DNA of 58,389 nucleotides, taken from contig JBMNNQ010000004.1 of assembly GCA_050942615.1 (NCBI GenBank), positions 1 to 58,389 of the forward strand. The letters are read 5' to 3'. The translations under genes and the position numbers were made by a program. Below are positions 9,502-18,782 of this stretch, piece after piece. How positions within the stretch are numbered: the stretch's first letter is position 1; the number at the start of each line of letters is the position of its first letter. A model generated the notes under the pieces. That model was not told where the DNA came from. It did not search any database and saw only the letters and a program-made list of their open reading frames with translations. This stretch comes from Dethiobacteria bacterium. GTDB taxonomy: Bacteria > Bacillota > Dethiobacteria > DTU022 > UBA8154.

Positions 9502-10902
9502 TTAGTATCTATTTAGCAGCTCCTCAACAATTTTTTCCATCTGCATCCCCCGAGATCCCTTTACCAGAATACAAGAGCCCGGTAAAGACAACGAGGCCAG
9601 GTTGTGCAGTATTTCCTCTTTGCTGTCAGCCGCAAAAATTTTTGCCGGCGCCAACCCTGCCTCCCGGGCGCCCTGGGCAATATAGGCTGCAAGTTTACCA
9701 ACTGTACAGAGATAATCTATTCCTAAAACAACCAAATGCCTACCCACCGCAAGGTGCATTTCTTTTGCCTGTGGGCCAAGTTCAAACATATCCCCCAAGA
9801 TAGCAATTTTTTGCCGGTTTAGGCCCCATTCCTTTAAAATTTGTAATGCCGATCGCACAGACGTGGGGTTGGCATTATAGGCATCGTTTATAACCCAGAA
9901 CCCGCTTTTTGTCAACGTTTTTTCCAGCCGCATAGCGGAAGGTATGCTTTTGGCCAGCCCTTCCTGGATTGCTTCTATTTCCAGGGAAAAATCAAGGCCG
10001 ACGGCTACAGCCGCCAAGGCGTTATAAACGTTGTGTCTCCCCGGCAGGGGGATTAAGAATTCTTCCTGTTTGCTGCCGGGTAACAGCGCCCTAAAGGTAC
10101 AACCTGAATCTGTAAGGGTGTAGGCCAGCGCCTGCAGGTCTGCACCTTTATTAAAACCGAAGTAACTTGTTTCACCGGCATATTCCTGCCCCAGCCTGTT
10201 TAAAAAAGGATCATCACCATTTAAAAAAACTTTGCCCCGGGCAACCATGCCGGCGAGCAACTCGCCTTTAGCCTTGGCAATGTTTTCCCTGCTGCCCAAA
10301 AATTCCAGGTGGGCTTCACCAACATTGGTTATTACACCCCTGGAGGGACGGCAAAGAGCTGTTAGTAAGGCAATTTCTCCCGGCCCATTCATGCCCAGTT
10401 CCAACACAGCCGCCTGATGTTCTTTTTTTAAGCGTAAAAGCATCAGCGGCAAGCCCAAATGGTTGTTAAAGTTGCCTTCTGTTTTAAGCACATTGTAACG
10501 GGTGGAAAGAACAGCAGCAATAAGATCTTTTGTTGTTGTTTTACCATTGCTTCCTGTAACAGCGACAACAGGTAATGCAAACCTGTTACGGTAGTCGGCA
10601 GCTATTTTGTGCAACGCGTGCAAACTGTTTTCTACAACAATAATGGCTTTGTCCGGTGGAAAGGATTCCCTGGCAAACCTCGGCAGCCATTTTTCTTCCA
10701 GCAGGGAACCGGCCGCACCCCTACGCAGGGCATCAGCGATAAAAACATGCCCGTTTTTCTTTTCACCGGGCAAAGGGAAAAACAGCTCCCCGCCCTTAAC
10801 CTGACGGGAATCGATCGCTCCGCCCCGAAAACCGCCGGCGGCCCCCCCCCGCCAAGGCCTTCCAGCTGTTATCCTTAATACCTCTTCCCAGGAAAAGAGC
10901 AT
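9502..10902 (-). CDS. murF: UDP-MurNAc-tripeptide--D-Ala-D-Ala ligase
   Basis: DSR, TGSNGKTTTK, NNHLGLP, ELGMN, NDAYNANP, KGSRG. Confidence 0.97.
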   Translation of the reverse strand: MLFSWEEVLRITAGRPWRGGAAGGFRGGAIDSRQVKGGELFFPLPGEKKNGHVFIADALRRGAAGSLLEEKWLPRFARESFPPDKAIIVVENSLHALHKIAADYRNRFALPVVAVTGSNGKTTTKDLIAAVLSTRYNVLKTEGNFNNHLGLPLMLLRLKKEHQAAVLELGMNGPGEIALLTALCRPSRGVITNVGEAHLEFLGSRENIAKAKGELLAGMVARGKVFLNGDDPFLNRLGQEYAGETSYFGFNKGADLQALAYTLTDSGCTFRALLPGSKQEEFLIPLPGRHNVYNALAAVAVGLDFSLEIEAIQEGLAKSIPSAMRLEKTLTKSGFWVINDAYNANPTSVRSALQILKEWGLNRQKIAILGDMFELGPQAKEMHLAVGRHLVVLGIDYLCTVGKLAAYIAQGAREAGLAPAKIFAADSKEEILHNLASLSLPGSCILVKGSRGMQMEKIVEELLNRY

Positions 10903-12435
10903 TTAATTGTTTTTTTCCTCCTGGTTTTTGTTGGCCAGCCTTTGCACAATAATTTCTGAGGCTACCTCCCGATCGCTGAAAGGGAGCGTATGATCACTGA
11001 AAATCTGGTAGTTTTCATGCCCCTTACCGGCAATAATCACCATATCACCAGGCCGGGCCAGTTCAACACCCAGCTTAATAGCCTCGTAACGATCCGGCTG
11101 AATGGTATAGCCGTTACCCGAAGCTTTATTTTCCTGCAGCCCGGGTTCCACCTCATAAATAATCTGCCAGGGATCTTCCCCACGCGGGTTATCGGAAGTT
11201 AAAATACAGTAATCACTGTATTTACCGGCAATTTGCCCCATTAACGGCCTTTTTGCCCTGTCCCTTTCTCCGCCACAACCAAAAATAGTGATAATTTTTC
11301 CCCGGCAAAACTCCCTGGCAGTTTGTAAAATATTATCCAGCCCGTCGGGAGTATGTGCATAATCAACAATAACCACAAAGTCCTGCCCCAAATCAACCCG
11401 TTCAAAACGACCGGGGACACCCTCTATTTTTTCCAAGGCATCTTTAATAGCCAAAAGATCAACTCCCTCCAGCAGGGCGACAGCAGTCGCCGCCAAAGCA
11501 TTATATATATTAAAATAGCCGTTCAGTTGCAGGGAAAAATCAGCCTTTCCCCAGGGTGAAACCAGCTTGTAATGAACGCCTCTACTTTTCAATTTAATTT
11601 TTTCAGCACGGATGTCGGCAGGGTTTTTAATGCCATAGGAAACGGATTGTGTTGTTACCTGCCGGAAAAAACTGCTGTAATGGATATCGTCCCGGTTCAA
11701 TACTGCAAAACGCGGCTGCGATCCCTTGAAAAAACTGCCCCCCATCTGGGAAAAAAACTTTTTCTTGGCAGCAAGGTAGCGGGCATGGGTTTGGTGAAAA
11801 TCAAGGTGATCATCCGTCACATTGGTCAAAACAGCGTAATCAAAATCACAGCCTGCCACCCTGTTTAGTTCCAAAGCATGGGAGGAAACCTCCATAATGG
11901 CATAAGCGACCTCCTTTTCCACCATGAGACGCAAAGCCTTTTGTAAGTCCGGTGCTTCGGGCGTTGTTGCCAAAACAGGAAAAATTTCCGGTCCGATCTG
12001 ATATTTTATCGTTCCCAGCAAACCTGTTTTATAATTTTGGGCCGCCATAATGGCTTCAATTAAATAGGTGGTGGTTGTTTTGCCATTTGTGCCTGTCACC
12101 CCAATCAACCTCAGCTTGGAAGCAGGCGAATCATAAAAAAACTGGGAAACAGCAGCCATGGCCAGCCTGACATTGGGTACCAAAACCTTTACCGCTCCCC
12201 GGACTGCCCTTTCCTTTTCCAAAAACACAGCAACTGCCCCGGCAGCAACTGCCTGGGATATAAAATCATGGCCGTCAGCTTTACCCCCTTCCAGGCAAAA
12301 GAAAACAGATCCCGGTTGGATACAATCCGTGTGGTAAGCCAGTCCCCTGACAGGTGCATCAATCCGGCCTTCAGTTTTTACTACGTGCAAAAATTTTAGC
12401 AGTGCAGCAAGTTCCTTCACAGTATCCAAAGGCAC
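10903..12435 (-). CDS. murE: UDP-MurNAc-dipeptide--meso-DAP ligase
   Basis: GVTGTNGKTT, MEVSSH, DYAHTPD, DNPR (meso-DAP specificity motif), GKGHE. Confidence 0.97.
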   Translation of the reverse strand: MPLDTVKELAALLKFLHVVKTEGRIDAPVRGLAYHTDCIQPGSVFFCLEGGKADGHDFISQAVAAGAVAVFLEKERAVRGAVKVLVPNVRLAMAAVSQFFYDSPASKLRLIGVTGTNGKTTTTYLIEAIMAAQNYKTGLLGTIKYQIGPEIFPVLATTPEAPDLQKALRLMVEKEVAYAIMEVSSHALELNRVAGCDFDYAVLTNVTDDHLDFHQTHARYLAAKKKFFSQMGGSFFKGSQPRFAVLNRDDIHYSSFFRQVTTQSVSYGIKNPADIRAEKIKLKSRGVHYKLVSPWGKADFSLQLNGYFNIYNALAATAVALLEGVDLLAIKDALEKIEGVPGRFERVDLGQDFVVIVDYAHTPDGLDNILQTAREFCRGKIITIFGCGGERDRAKRPLMGQIAGKYSDYCILTSDNPRGEDPWQIIYEVEPGLQENKASGNGYTIQPDRYEAIKLGVELARPGDMVIIAGKGHENYQIFSDHTLPFSDREVASEIIVQRLANKNQEEKNN

Positions 12436-12524
12436 CCCTACTTCCCGGCAAATTTTCTTCTTCCTGCCCCTGGTATCATAGCGGCTATTGCCTTGATTAT
12501 GTAAACAAACAGTCCCTCTTAATC

Positions 12525-14618
12525 TTAATCCAGCGGCGAAGAAAAGTAAACTTGCACACTGGAATTTTTATTGACCACCGTACCTGCTGCCGGTTCCTGT
12601 TTAACGGCCAGGCCAGAACCGGAAGGCGCTGTTTTTAAACCTAAATAATCCAATATTTCACCTGTTTCCCTGATCGTCAGCCCCTGTAAATTGGGAACAA
12701 CCACTTCCCCGGGGTTTTCTGCACGCCAAAGATCTTCCAAATACACAATGATCTTTGTTTGTAAAGGCACTTTTGCCCCCGCTTTAGGCGTCTGTTCCCT
12801 GATCAGGCCGTTTCTGCCCACCGGCTTGAGGAGCAGCCCCTCTGAATCGAGCAGCGCCCCTGCTTCGTCAATTGTCAAGCCTTTCAAGGCAGGCACTTCA
12901 ACCGAACGCACCTCCGGGGCCGAGGAAATTTCCGATGGGGGAATTTCCAGGTAAGAAAACACATCTTTCATCACCGCCTGGAAGATAGGGGCGCTTATCT
13001 GTGACCCCCACTGTGCCCCTCTTTTTGCCCCGTCCACGGTAATATAAAGCAAAATTTGCGGGTCTTCTGCCGGGGCAAAGCCTACAAAAGCCAGAATATA
13101 TTCACCGGCTTTATAAACACCGCCCGGCCCAACCTTTTGTGCGGTTCCTGTTTTTCCGGCGATACGGTAGCCTTCAATATAAGCATTGATGCCGCTGCCT
13201 TCGTTAACAACTTCCTCCATAATCCAGGACACCTTGTGGGCAGTTTCTTTGGAGATAACCCGCCGGATAATTTCCGGGGTACCGCGCTCTATAATTTCAC
13301 CGTCGGGCCCTTTGATCTCTTTAATCAGATAAGGCCGCAATAAATTTCCCCCGTTGGCAATAGCAGAAACAGCCATCACCTGTTGTAGCGGTGTAACCGA
13401 TACCCCCTGACCAAACGAAGTGGTGGCCAGCTCCAGGGGGCCGATTTGCTCAGGCCTGAAAATTATACCTGTTCCTTCACCAGGAAATTTAAGCCCGGTT
13501 TTACTCCCAAAACCAAACGCCCTTATATATTCAAACATTTTTTCCGGGCCCAGCCTTTCCCCCAAGCGCATAAAGGCGGGGTTACAGGAGCCCAAAACAG
13601 CTTCTAAATAGGAAATTGAACCATGGGTGGTCCAACAATGGACATTATGACCGGCAATATTTGCTGAACCGGTGCAATGGAAATGTTCCTTTTCATCATA
13701 TATGTTTTCTTCTATAGCTGCCGAAAGGGTTATCAATTTAAAGGTCGATCCCGGTTCATAGGTGTCAGTAACAGGGTAAAGCCGCCAGTGTTCCTTGGAG
13801 TACCGGTTATAGTCATTGGGATCAAAGTCGGGCTTGGAGGCAGCAGCTAAAAACGCACCCGTTTGCGGGTTAACAGCCAAACCTATAATCCTGTCGGCGT
13901 CGTATTCAATCATCGCCCGGGAAAGTTCCCGTTCCAAAATATACTGGATCGTTTCATCAATGGTAAGATAAATATCCATGCCTTCCTTGGGGGGATTATA
14001 GCGCCGTACGCCGGCAATTTCCCGACCCCTGTTATCTGTGGGAAATACGATTTGTCCGTCCCGACCCTTTAAATAATCTTCAAAATATAGCTCCAACCCG
14101 GCCCAGCCCTGGTCTGTACCCACAAAACCGAGCAACTGGGATAAAAGAGTTCCGTTTGGATAAAATCGTTTGGTTTCGTGCGTAAAGGTGATCCCCGGCA
14201 GGTTTAAAAGTCTGACTTCTTTGGCGACTTCTTCTTCAACTTTTCTTTTTACGTAGACAGCTGCACGTTCCTGGGTAATAAGCTCGAAGATACTTTCCAC
14301 AGACATTTCCAGGACAGGTGACAGGGCCCGGGCTGTAAAAAGGGGATCTACAATTTGAGGGGGCACAGCAACAACTGTTTCCACTGTCGCACTGCCGGCC
14401 AGCAGGTACCCGTTTCGATCGTAGATGCTGCCCCGCGGTGAACGGGTGGGGATACTGCGGTTCCATTGTTCCCAGGCTTTCTGCTGCAGCTCCTCGGCCC
14501 GTACAAATTGTATCCAGCCCAACCTGAAAATAAGGGCAGCGACGATAAGTGCTGTCAAAACAAAAATACCAAGAACCCTGCGGCGCATATTCAAATTAAA
14601 AGTTGTCTGGCGAAACAT
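12525..14618 (-). CDS. spoVD: Class B penicillin-binding protein SpoVD/FtsI with two PASTA domains
   Basis: RGSIYDRNG, RFYP, EPGSTFK (SxxK), SCN (SxN), KTGTAQ; two C-terminal PASTA repeats. Start likely ATG 14618 after AGAGAGG. Confidence 0.88.
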   Translation of the reverse strand: MFRQTTFNLNMRRRVLGIFVLTALIVAALIFRLGWIQFVRAEELQQKAWEQWNRSIPTRSPRGSIYDRNGYLLAGSATVETVVAVPPQIVDPLFTARALSPVLEMSVESIFELITQERAAVYVKRKVEEEVAKEVRLLNLPGITFTHETKRFYPNGTLLSQLLGFVGTDQGWAGLELYFEDYLKGRDGQIVFPTDNRGREIAGVRRYNPPKEGMDIYLTIDETIQYILERELSRAMIEYDADRIIGLAVNPQTGAFLAAASKPDFDPNDYNRYSKEHWRLYPVTDTYEPGSTFKLITLSAAIEENIYDEKEHFHCTGSANIAGHNVHCWTTHGSISYLEAVLGSCNPAFMRLGERLGPEKMFEYIRAFGFGSKTGLKFPGEGTGIIFRPEQIGPLELATTSFGQGVSVTPLQQVMAVSAIANGGNLLRPYLIKEIKGPDGEIIERGTPEIIRRVISKETAHKVSWIMEEVVNEGSGINAYIEGYRIAGKTGTAQKVGPGGVYKAGEYILAFVGFAPAEDPQILLYITVDGAKRGAQWGSQISAPIFQAVMKDVFSYLEIPPSEISSAPEVRSVEVPALKGLTIDEAGALLDSEGLLLKPVGRNGLIREQTPKAGAKVPLQTKIIVYLEDLWRAENPGEVVVPNLQGLTIRETGEILDYLGLKTAPSGSGLAVKQEPAAGTVVNKNSSVQVYFSSPLD

Positions 14619-14643
14619 TGAACCTCTCTTTCCAGGCATACGG

Positions 14644-15075
14644 TTAATATTTTGTCCCCCGCGCAGAAAGAACCAGCCACTGCCTTTTTTCAGGATGTTG
14701 TAAACCCAGTTCGCCCAAGGCAATCCTTTCTATCCTTTCCAGGGAACCCAGGCGTTTGACTTCAATACAGAGAATTTCCTTTTCCTCCTGCAGCAAGGCC
14801 ATTTCTTTGTGCAGATGCTGGATACGGTAATTACAGGCTACAATGCGCCCGTATTGGCTGATAACACCCACCCCGACCAATATTAATATTGTCAGCAAAA
14901 AATATAAGAGCATTCTTTCCCGCAAAGAATAGCCGCCTGCTGGCAGGGCAGAGGTTGATGCTGCCCTATGTCTTTTGGCAAGGGGCGGCGCTGTGCTTGG
15001 CCCGGATCGGAAACTTCCGGTAGACCCCTGCTGCAGATGATAGTCTGCTTTTGCTTTTTTTCTGGCTAATAACAA
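14644..15075 (-). CDS. ftsL: Cell division protein FtsL
   Basis: TM helix plus coiled coil, LGSLERIERIALGELGL; between rsmH and the PBP. Confidence 0.85.
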   Translation of the reverse strand: MLLARKKAKADYHLQQGSTGSFRSGPSTAPPLAKRHRAASTSALPAGGYSLRERMLLYFLLTILILVGVGVISQYGRIVACNYRIQHLHKEMALLQEEKEILCIEVKRLGSLERIERIALGELGLQHPEKRQWLVLSARGTKY

Positions 15076-15112
15076 CTTTATTCACCTGCCGATTTTCTTA
15101 GAACTTCAATTT

Positions 15113-16066
15113 TCAATACTTTTCCGCTGCTCTTAAACGAGCACTTCTGGCCCGCGGATTTTCTGCCAGTTCTTCTTCACCGGGGAAAAGCGGTTTTTTC
15201 GTTAAAATTTTTAACAGTGGGGTCCTGCCACATCCACATACCGGCATATCGGGAGGGCAGATGCAGCCCCGTGCATATTCCCGGAACATTTCTTTGACAA
15301 TCCTGTCTTCCAGGGAATGATACGCAATAACAACCACCCGGCCACCGGGCCTTAATAGCTTTATACCCTGGTTCAAGCCTTTTTTTAAATTATCAAGCTC
15401 GGCATTGACCGCAATGCGTAAGGCCTGGAAAACACGTTTGGCCGGATGCCCCCCCTTTCTTCTGGCCGGTGCCGGAATAGCCTCTTTGATAATCTCCACT
15501 AACTGGCTGCTATTTATTATCGGCCCTTTGTGCCGGCGGTATTTAACAATCAGGGAGACAATACGCCGGGCCCATTTTTCTTCCCCGTAGACACGGAAAA
15601 TCCTGGCCAGTTCCTGCGGGGGGAGATCTGCTAGAAGCTGGGCAGCTGTCAAAGGCAGGGTCTTGTCCATGCGCATATCCAGGCGAACATCATCCCGGTA
15701 CGAAAAACCCCGTCCCGGGCAGTCCAGCTGGTGGGAAGAGACACCTAGATCCAGTAAAAGACCGTCGACGGCATCAATTCCCAGCTGTGCACAGGCCTGT
15801 TCAATTTCTCCAAAATTGGCCTTAACAGCCTGAAAGACTTCATTAAAGGCAGAAAGCCTGCTTTGTGCAGCTTGCAGGGCCTCCTGATCACAATCAATGC
15901 CCACTAACCTGCCTGCGGGCAAAAGCTGTTTTATAATCGCTGTAGCGTGCCCCCCTCCACCCAAGGTGGCATCAACAATGACTTTGCCGGGTAACGGCTG
16001 TAAATATTTTAGCACCTCCGGCAGCATAACCGGCGTATGCCTGAAATTATCGCTATTAGAAACCAT
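15113..16066 (-). CDS. rsmH: 16S rRNA m4C1402 methyltransferase
   Basis: HTPVM, DATLGGGGH, DLGVSSHQLD, FQALRIAVN, HSLEDR, NPRARSARLR. Confidence 0.98.
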   Translation of the reverse strand: MVSNSDNFRHTPVMLPEVLKYLQPLPGKVIVDATLGGGGHATAIIKQLLPAGRLVGIDCDQEALQAAQSRLSAFNEVFQAVKANFGEIEQACAQLGIDAVDGLLLDLGVSSHQLDCPGRGFSYRDDVRLDMRMDKTLPLTAAQLLADLPPQELARIFRVYGEEKWARRIVSLIVKYRRHKGPIINSSQLVEIIKEAIPAPARRKGGHPAKRVFQALRIAVNAELDNLKKGLNQGIKLLRPGGRVVVIAYHSLEDRIVKEMFREYARGCICPPDMPVCGCGRTPLLKILTKKPLFPGEEELAENPRARSARLRAAEKY

Positions 16067-16082
16067 CTTTTTCCTTTCATAA

Positions 16083-16514
16083 TTAAAGCTGAAAATCCAT
16101 TAAACTTTCTGCCACCTGTTCAAAAGAAAGGTTGGATTTATTACTGTATTCTTCCCAAATTTCTTTACTCCAAATCTCAGCACGGTTGGATACGCCGATA
16201 AAGACAATATCCTTTTTTAACTGGGCATGTTCACGCAAAAGGGGGGGAACCAGAATGCGACCTTGTTTGTCCATTTCCAACTCAGAAGCACCGGAAAAAA
16301 ATATGCGCAGAAAAGCCCTTGTTTCAGCTTTTGTAAAAGGTAAACCTTTCAGTTTGCCTTCAAGATTTTCCCATTCTTGTGCAGGGTAAAGAAACAAACA
16401 GTTGTCCAGGCCGCGGGTAACAAAAAAGCTTTCCCCCAATTTATCACGAAAACGGGAGGGAACAATAACACGGCCTTTTTGATCAAGCGTATGGTTGAAT
16501 TCACCAATTAGCAT
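16083..16514 (-). CDS. mraZ: Transcriptional regulator MraZ
   Basis: DQKGRV and DKQGRI repeats, RGLDNCL; first gene of dcw. Confidence 0.98.
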   Translation of the reverse strand: MLIGEFNHTLDQKGRVIVPSRFRDKLGESFFVTRGLDNCLFLYPAQEWENLEGKLKGLPFTKAETRAFLRIFFSGASELEMDKQGRILVPPLLREHAQLKKDIVFIGVSNRAEIWSKEIWEEYSNKSNLSFEQVAESLMDFQL

Positions 16515-16580
16515 CTACAAACTCCAATTATGGAATATTTAACAAGGATGCAGGTTGGGCGGTTTTGAAAAACAACCCTT

Positions 16581-16620
16581 CCCCACTTTGCACCACTTTG
16601 ACACCATTTTAAACCACTTT
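16581..16620 (-). promoter_or_regulatory. MraZ binding repeats
   Basis: Minus strand AAAGTGG, AAATGG, AAAGTGG, AAAGTGG at 10-11 bp spacing in the mraZ leader. Confidence 0.8.
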
Positions 16621-16628
16621 CGTTTTAT

Positions 16629-16655
16629 ATTCTACCCTCCCCTGAAAATTCCTTC
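16629..16655 (-). promoter_or_regulatory. Sigma-H-type promoter of mraZ/dcw
   Basis: Minus strand GAAGGAATT-N11-GTAGAAT, directly upstream of the MraZ boxes. Confidence 0.65.
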
Positions 16656-16917
16656 TGCCAAATAAAAAACGGGGTTCTAAAAAATAGGGAAAAAGTGGGG
16701 AAAATAATGTAAATTTCCTTCTTTTATTGCAAATTTAACCCAATAATACCTTGATTTGATCGTAATAAGGTGAAATAAAAGGCAAAAAGGGTCGGTAATT
16801 TTTAGATTTCAGGTCATAATTTTTGTTAAAAATATTTAATAATTTTCCGGGAAAAACAAGTCGTCTAAAAAAAACAGACTTTAACCCTCAATCATTATTT
16901 ATTCCTGCAGCACTGCA

Positions 16918-16947
16918 TAAAAAAACACCGGCCCCAAAAACCGGTGT
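16918..16947 (-). terminator. Intrinsic terminator after mgtE
   Basis: Stem ACACCGG/CCGGTGT followed by a U-run on the minus strand. Confidence 0.75.
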
Positions 16948-16978
16948 CATTCCAAAATGTTCGTCTTTACTGCTTACT

Positions 16979-18307
16979 TCAAACTAAATATTTTAAAAAA
17001 ACTGAGGCGGTATAAAAATAAATTAACAGTCCTGTCACATCTTTAATGGTAGTCACAAAAGGTCCGGAAGAAAGTGCAGGGTCCATACCATAATGGTTAA
17101 AAATGATGGGCACCAAAGTGCCGATTATGGCGGCGACGATAATTGTAAAGAACATGGAAAAACCAACCACAAAACCCAAAATAGGCAGGCCCTGCCATAA
17201 AAAAGCAGCAACAGAAATTAAAACCCCGTTCACAACCCCGATGACCAGACCGACTTTAACTTCGCGGCAAAGGTATTGCCAGGCCTTGGCTGTTTCAATT
17301 TCCCCGGTAGCCAGGCCACGCACAAAAACCGTCGAGGACTGGGTGGCTACATTGCCTCCCATATCCATAATTACCGGAATAAAAGCAGCCAGCACCACAA
17401 TGGACTGCAGTGTTGCACTGAAGGCCCCCACGACACTCCCTGAAAAAATTCCCCCTAAAAGGCAGATGATCAGCCAGGGCAGCCTTTTCCAGGCCAGGTC
17501 GAAAATAGGGGCATCCAAAATATTGACACCTTCAATTTCACCCGCACCGGCTAAACGGTAGATATCTTCTGTAGCCTCTTCCTCGATAACATCTAAAATA
17601 TCATCAACCGTAATAATCCCCAACAGGCGGCGATCCCCGTCTACAACCGGCACAGCAAGCAGATCATAGCGGGCTACAACGCGGGCCACCTCTTCCTGAT
17701 CCATATCAGCCGGCACACTGATCACGTTGGTAAGCATTATTTCGTGCAGGAAGGTGCCGTCGCTGGCTGCAATCAGATCCCGCAGAGATAAAACACCGCT
17801 GAGCCGGGTCTGGGAATCGATAATATAAACATAATAAATAATTTCTGCTTCCGGGGCAACTTCACGCAAACGGATGATGGCTTCTTCTGCAGGAATATCT
17901 TCCGGCAAGGCAATAAAGTCGGTGGTCATAATCCCGCCGGCTGTATCTTCAGGATAACGCAGCAAACCCTTGATCTCTTCAGCTTCTTCTTCGATCAGGC
18001 TTAGAAATTCCCGGGCTTCTTCCAGGGAAAGTTCCCCCAAGAGGTCTGTGGCATCATCCACGGCCATTTCCTTGAGGATAGCCGAGGCATGGTGTTTGGT
18101 GAGAAGCCTCAGCAAAGAAACACGATCGAAGCCCTCCATTTCCTGAATAATCCGCGCAGCTTCTTCATCGGAAAGGAGCCCAAAAAGTTCCTTTTTCTGT
18201 TCAACTTTTAATTCGTCAATCAAGTCTAGCAGATCGCTGGGATGCAGTCCTTCTTTTACCCGGCCTATAATTTCCTGCAACGTTTGTTGTATGGACAACT
18301 TTTTCAC
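16979..18307 (-). CDS. mgtE: Magnesium transporter MgtE
   Basis: MgtE_N, YPEDTAGGIMT, CBS pair, KRLPWL, GGNVATQS, DPALSSGPFVTTIKD. Confidence 0.97.
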   Translation of the reverse strand: MKKLSIQQTLQEIIGRVKEGLHPSDLLDLIDELKVEQKKELFGLLSDEEAARIIQEMEGFDRVSLLRLLTKHHASAILKEMAVDDATDLLGELSLEEAREFLSLIEEEAEEIKGLLRYPEDTAGGIMTTDFIALPEDIPAEEAIIRLREVAPEAEIIYYVYIIDSQTRLSGVLSLRDLIAASDGTFLHEIMLTNVISVPADMDQEEVARVVARYDLLAVPVVDGDRRLLGIITVDDILDVIEEEATEDIYRLAGAGEIEGVNILDAPIFDLAWKRLPWLIICLLGGIFSGSVVGAFSATLQSIVVLAAFIPVIMDMGGNVATQSSTVFVRGLATGEIETAKAWQYLCREVKVGLVIGVVNGVLISVAAFLWQGLPILGFVVGFSMFFTIIVAAIIGTLVPIIFNHYGMDPALSSGPFVTTIKDVTGLLIYFYTASVFLKYLV

Positions 18308-18380
18308 CCCCGGCTGTTTACCTTATAAAGGAAAAACAAGTTCATTATAGCATATTACACCTGATTTAATAAGTAAAAAA

Positions 18381-18556
18381 ACCCCACCATGACGTGGAGC
18401 CGCTGTTTTGAACTCTCCCCCAACAGGGGGGTGCCCTCTTAGATGCTTTGTAGGTCCCCTAATGCTTAGGGCTTCTACGCCGCATATAAAGTCAGGCTCC
18501 CATTATAACAGTGTTAGCTCAAAACTTTGGCGACCGGACACGCGCACGGTAGGGTA
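18381..18556 (-). ncRNA. ssrS: 6S RNA
   Basis: About 176-nt rod whose 5' ACCCTACCGTG pairs with the 3' CATGGTGGGGT. Firmicute 6S-like blocks TTTGAGC, GGGAGC, GAGGGCACCC, GTTCAAAAC. Lies downstream of aspS, as B. subtilis 6S-1 does. Confidence 0.88.
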
Positions 18557-18690
18557 TTTTTATTAAAAATTTATAAGATTCCCTGTTTACAGGAAACAAA
18601 GACAATATTTTTTGCCGGGACAGAAAATTCTATTTTATCCGGGAGCATTGAACATAATTACACCCACAGAATATTTAATCAACTGCCTAT

Positions 18691-18719
18691 AGTATATCAG
18701 CCCTTTGTCCTGAAAGCAA
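18691..18719 (-). promoter_or_regulatory. Sigma-A-type promoter upstream of 6S RNA
   Basis: Minus strand TTGCTT-N17-TATACT with extended TG. Confidence 0.55.
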
Positions 18720-18782
18720 GTCTTTACATATTTCTGTTTAATTTATGCAAACAGCGCTGGCGACGGCAACCCTTCGTCAACA

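Noticed and set aside
10842-10850. C9 tract in murF, and a similar tract at the selA/selB junction, as phase-variation sites
   Set aside because: Both are in frame and encode Gly; murF is essential, the selA tract doubles as the selB RBS, and homopolymers are common throughout the window
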